64,000 nucleotides of DNA from an uncultured Gemmatimonadales bacterium (GTDB taxonomy: Bacteria > Gemmatimonadota > Gemmatimonadetes > Longimicrobiales > Gaopeijiaceae): the NCBI GenBank assembly GCA_963823035.1, contig CAWGKG010000020.1:320001-384000 (forward strand). The letters run 5' to 3'. Within the stretch, counting starts at the first letter, position 1. Every line of letters begins with the position of its first letter. The position numbers and the translations under genes are program-made. Shown in pieces: positions 63,114 through 64,000 of the stretch. Under the pieces are notes generated by a model, which was not told the DNA's origin, made no database searches, and worked only from the letters and a program-made list of their open reading frames with translations.

Positions 63114-64000
63114 GGCGCTCTCCAACCGCCGCCTCGGAAGGCGGCGCCCGCTCGGGGAACCGGACCTTCGCGGTGAATCCCCTCCCGGGCGCCGTGGTCC
63201 AGGACACGGACGCCGTCTCCCCGTAGAGGGCTTCCAGGCGACGCGCGAGGAGCTGAAGCCCATGCTCGAAGGCCGCGGCCACCGCCTCCGGGTCCGCGCC
63301 CTCACCGTCGTCGGCCACGGTCAGCGCCAGGCTTCCCTCGTGAGCCGTGATCGCGACCGTGATGGTCCCACCCTCCGGACGGGGCTCGAGCCCGTGCCGC
63401 ACGGCATTGTCCAGGAGCGTCTGCAGGGCGAACGCGGGCACCATCACCTGCGCGGGCTCGACCTCGACCTTCCACACGACGCGGAGCCGCTCCTCGAGGC
63501 GCAGCTTCTCGAGCGCAAGGTAGCGACGCGCGACCTCGAGCTCCTTCGCGAGCGGAACCAGGTCGATGTCCCGGCGCTGCAGGATGGAGGCGTAGCGTAT
63601 CAACTCGGCCACGTCCTCGATGGCTTTCTCCGCGGTGGCCGGGTCCGCGCGAACCAGGAGCATGAGGGAGTGGAGGGTGTTGAAGACGAAGTGCGGGTTG
63701 AACTGGGCCCGCAGCGACTTGGCCTCCGCCTGGGCCCGCAGCATGGCTTCGCGTGCGGCCAGGGTCCGGCTCTCGTGGACCCGACGGAGCGACTCGGCCC
63801 ACATGAGGAATCCGGCCAGGATCGCGTAGAGGAAGAGCGCGGTCAGGGTGCGGAGCAGCAGGGTCGCGACCAGGCCGGTGGGGTGCGTCATGTGCTCCTC
63901 CCACCCGGTGAGGGTCAGGAGGAGGGTGGTCACGGCGGCGGAGGCGACGGCGAAGAGGATGCCCACTCCCAGGTGCACGAGAACCGTCCGCGCCAGGCTC
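62986..64000 (-). CDS. LytS-type (His_kinase) sensor histidine kinase; 5' end outside the window
   Basis: LRAQFNPHFVFNTLH, YLALEKLR, LQTLLDNAVRHG, VADDGEG; true stop probably near 63110 if an indel is present. Confidence 0.9.
   Translation of the reverse strand, partial: SLARTVLVHLGVGILFAVASAAVTTLLLTLTGWEEHMTHPTGLVATLLLRTLTALFLYAILAGFLMWAESLRRVHESRTLAAREAMLRAQAEAKSLRAQFNPHFVFNTLHSLMLLVRADPATAEKAIEDVAELIRYASILQRRDIDLVPLAKELEVARRYLALEKLRLEERLRVVWKVEVEPAQVMVPAFALQTLLDNAVRHGLEPRPEGGTITVAITAHEGSLALTVADDGEGADPEAVAAAFEHGLQLLARRLEALYGETASVSWTTAPGRGFTAKVRFPERAPPSEAAVGERRDRDRRPGHDPRAHLRGRAAGGAGHPRVPAGRRLDRSGGRGA

Noticed and set aside
1..64000. CRISPR arrays, rRNA, tRNA, or anti-phage defence systems
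   Set aside because: No spaced short repeats or RNA-gene signatures seen; the MoxR/vWA pair is coxD/coxE and the ABC-class ATPase has no nuclease partner.

Overview
High-GC bacterial chromosome segment. The gene repertoire suggests Gemmatimonadota or a similar lineage, which is an inference. Many genes are broken by single-base indels that look like long-read consensus errors, so several CDS calls are reconstructed across frames. From left to right: (1) a BigR/SqrR-like ArsR regulator heading a polysulfide/thiosulfate reductase operon (psrABC-like) plus two YeeE/YedE sulfur transporters, one fused to a Cys-less rhodanese domain and a C-terminal Cys tail; (2) a divergent anaerobic sulfatase maturase / Tat-exported sulfatase pair, an amidase, an APC-USP permease, a di-heme protein, a CBS-protein remnant, an ADOP-type permease, LigD, a cNMP-GGDEF cyclase, a PLP desulfhydrase, an HDAC, a TonB receptor with lipoprotein, udk, a DtxR regulator, a pilin and apaG; (3) a 5,067-bp cassette (39265-44331) carrying a Cys-rich PAS-like gene, four minor pilins, a PilC/GspF platform gene and a probable IS91/ISCR transposase remnant, bracketed by a 574-bp direct repeat (573/574 identical) made of host gene ends, with no integrase; (4) acyl-CoA, D-aminoacylase and DHS-like genes; (5) a form I aerobic CO dehydrogenase cluster (AYRCSFR motif) with split XdhC, mocA, coxD/E/G/M/S/L and an XdhC-YHS fusion, followed by a convergent LytS/LytTR pair. 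No rRNA, tRNA or CRISPR array was seen.
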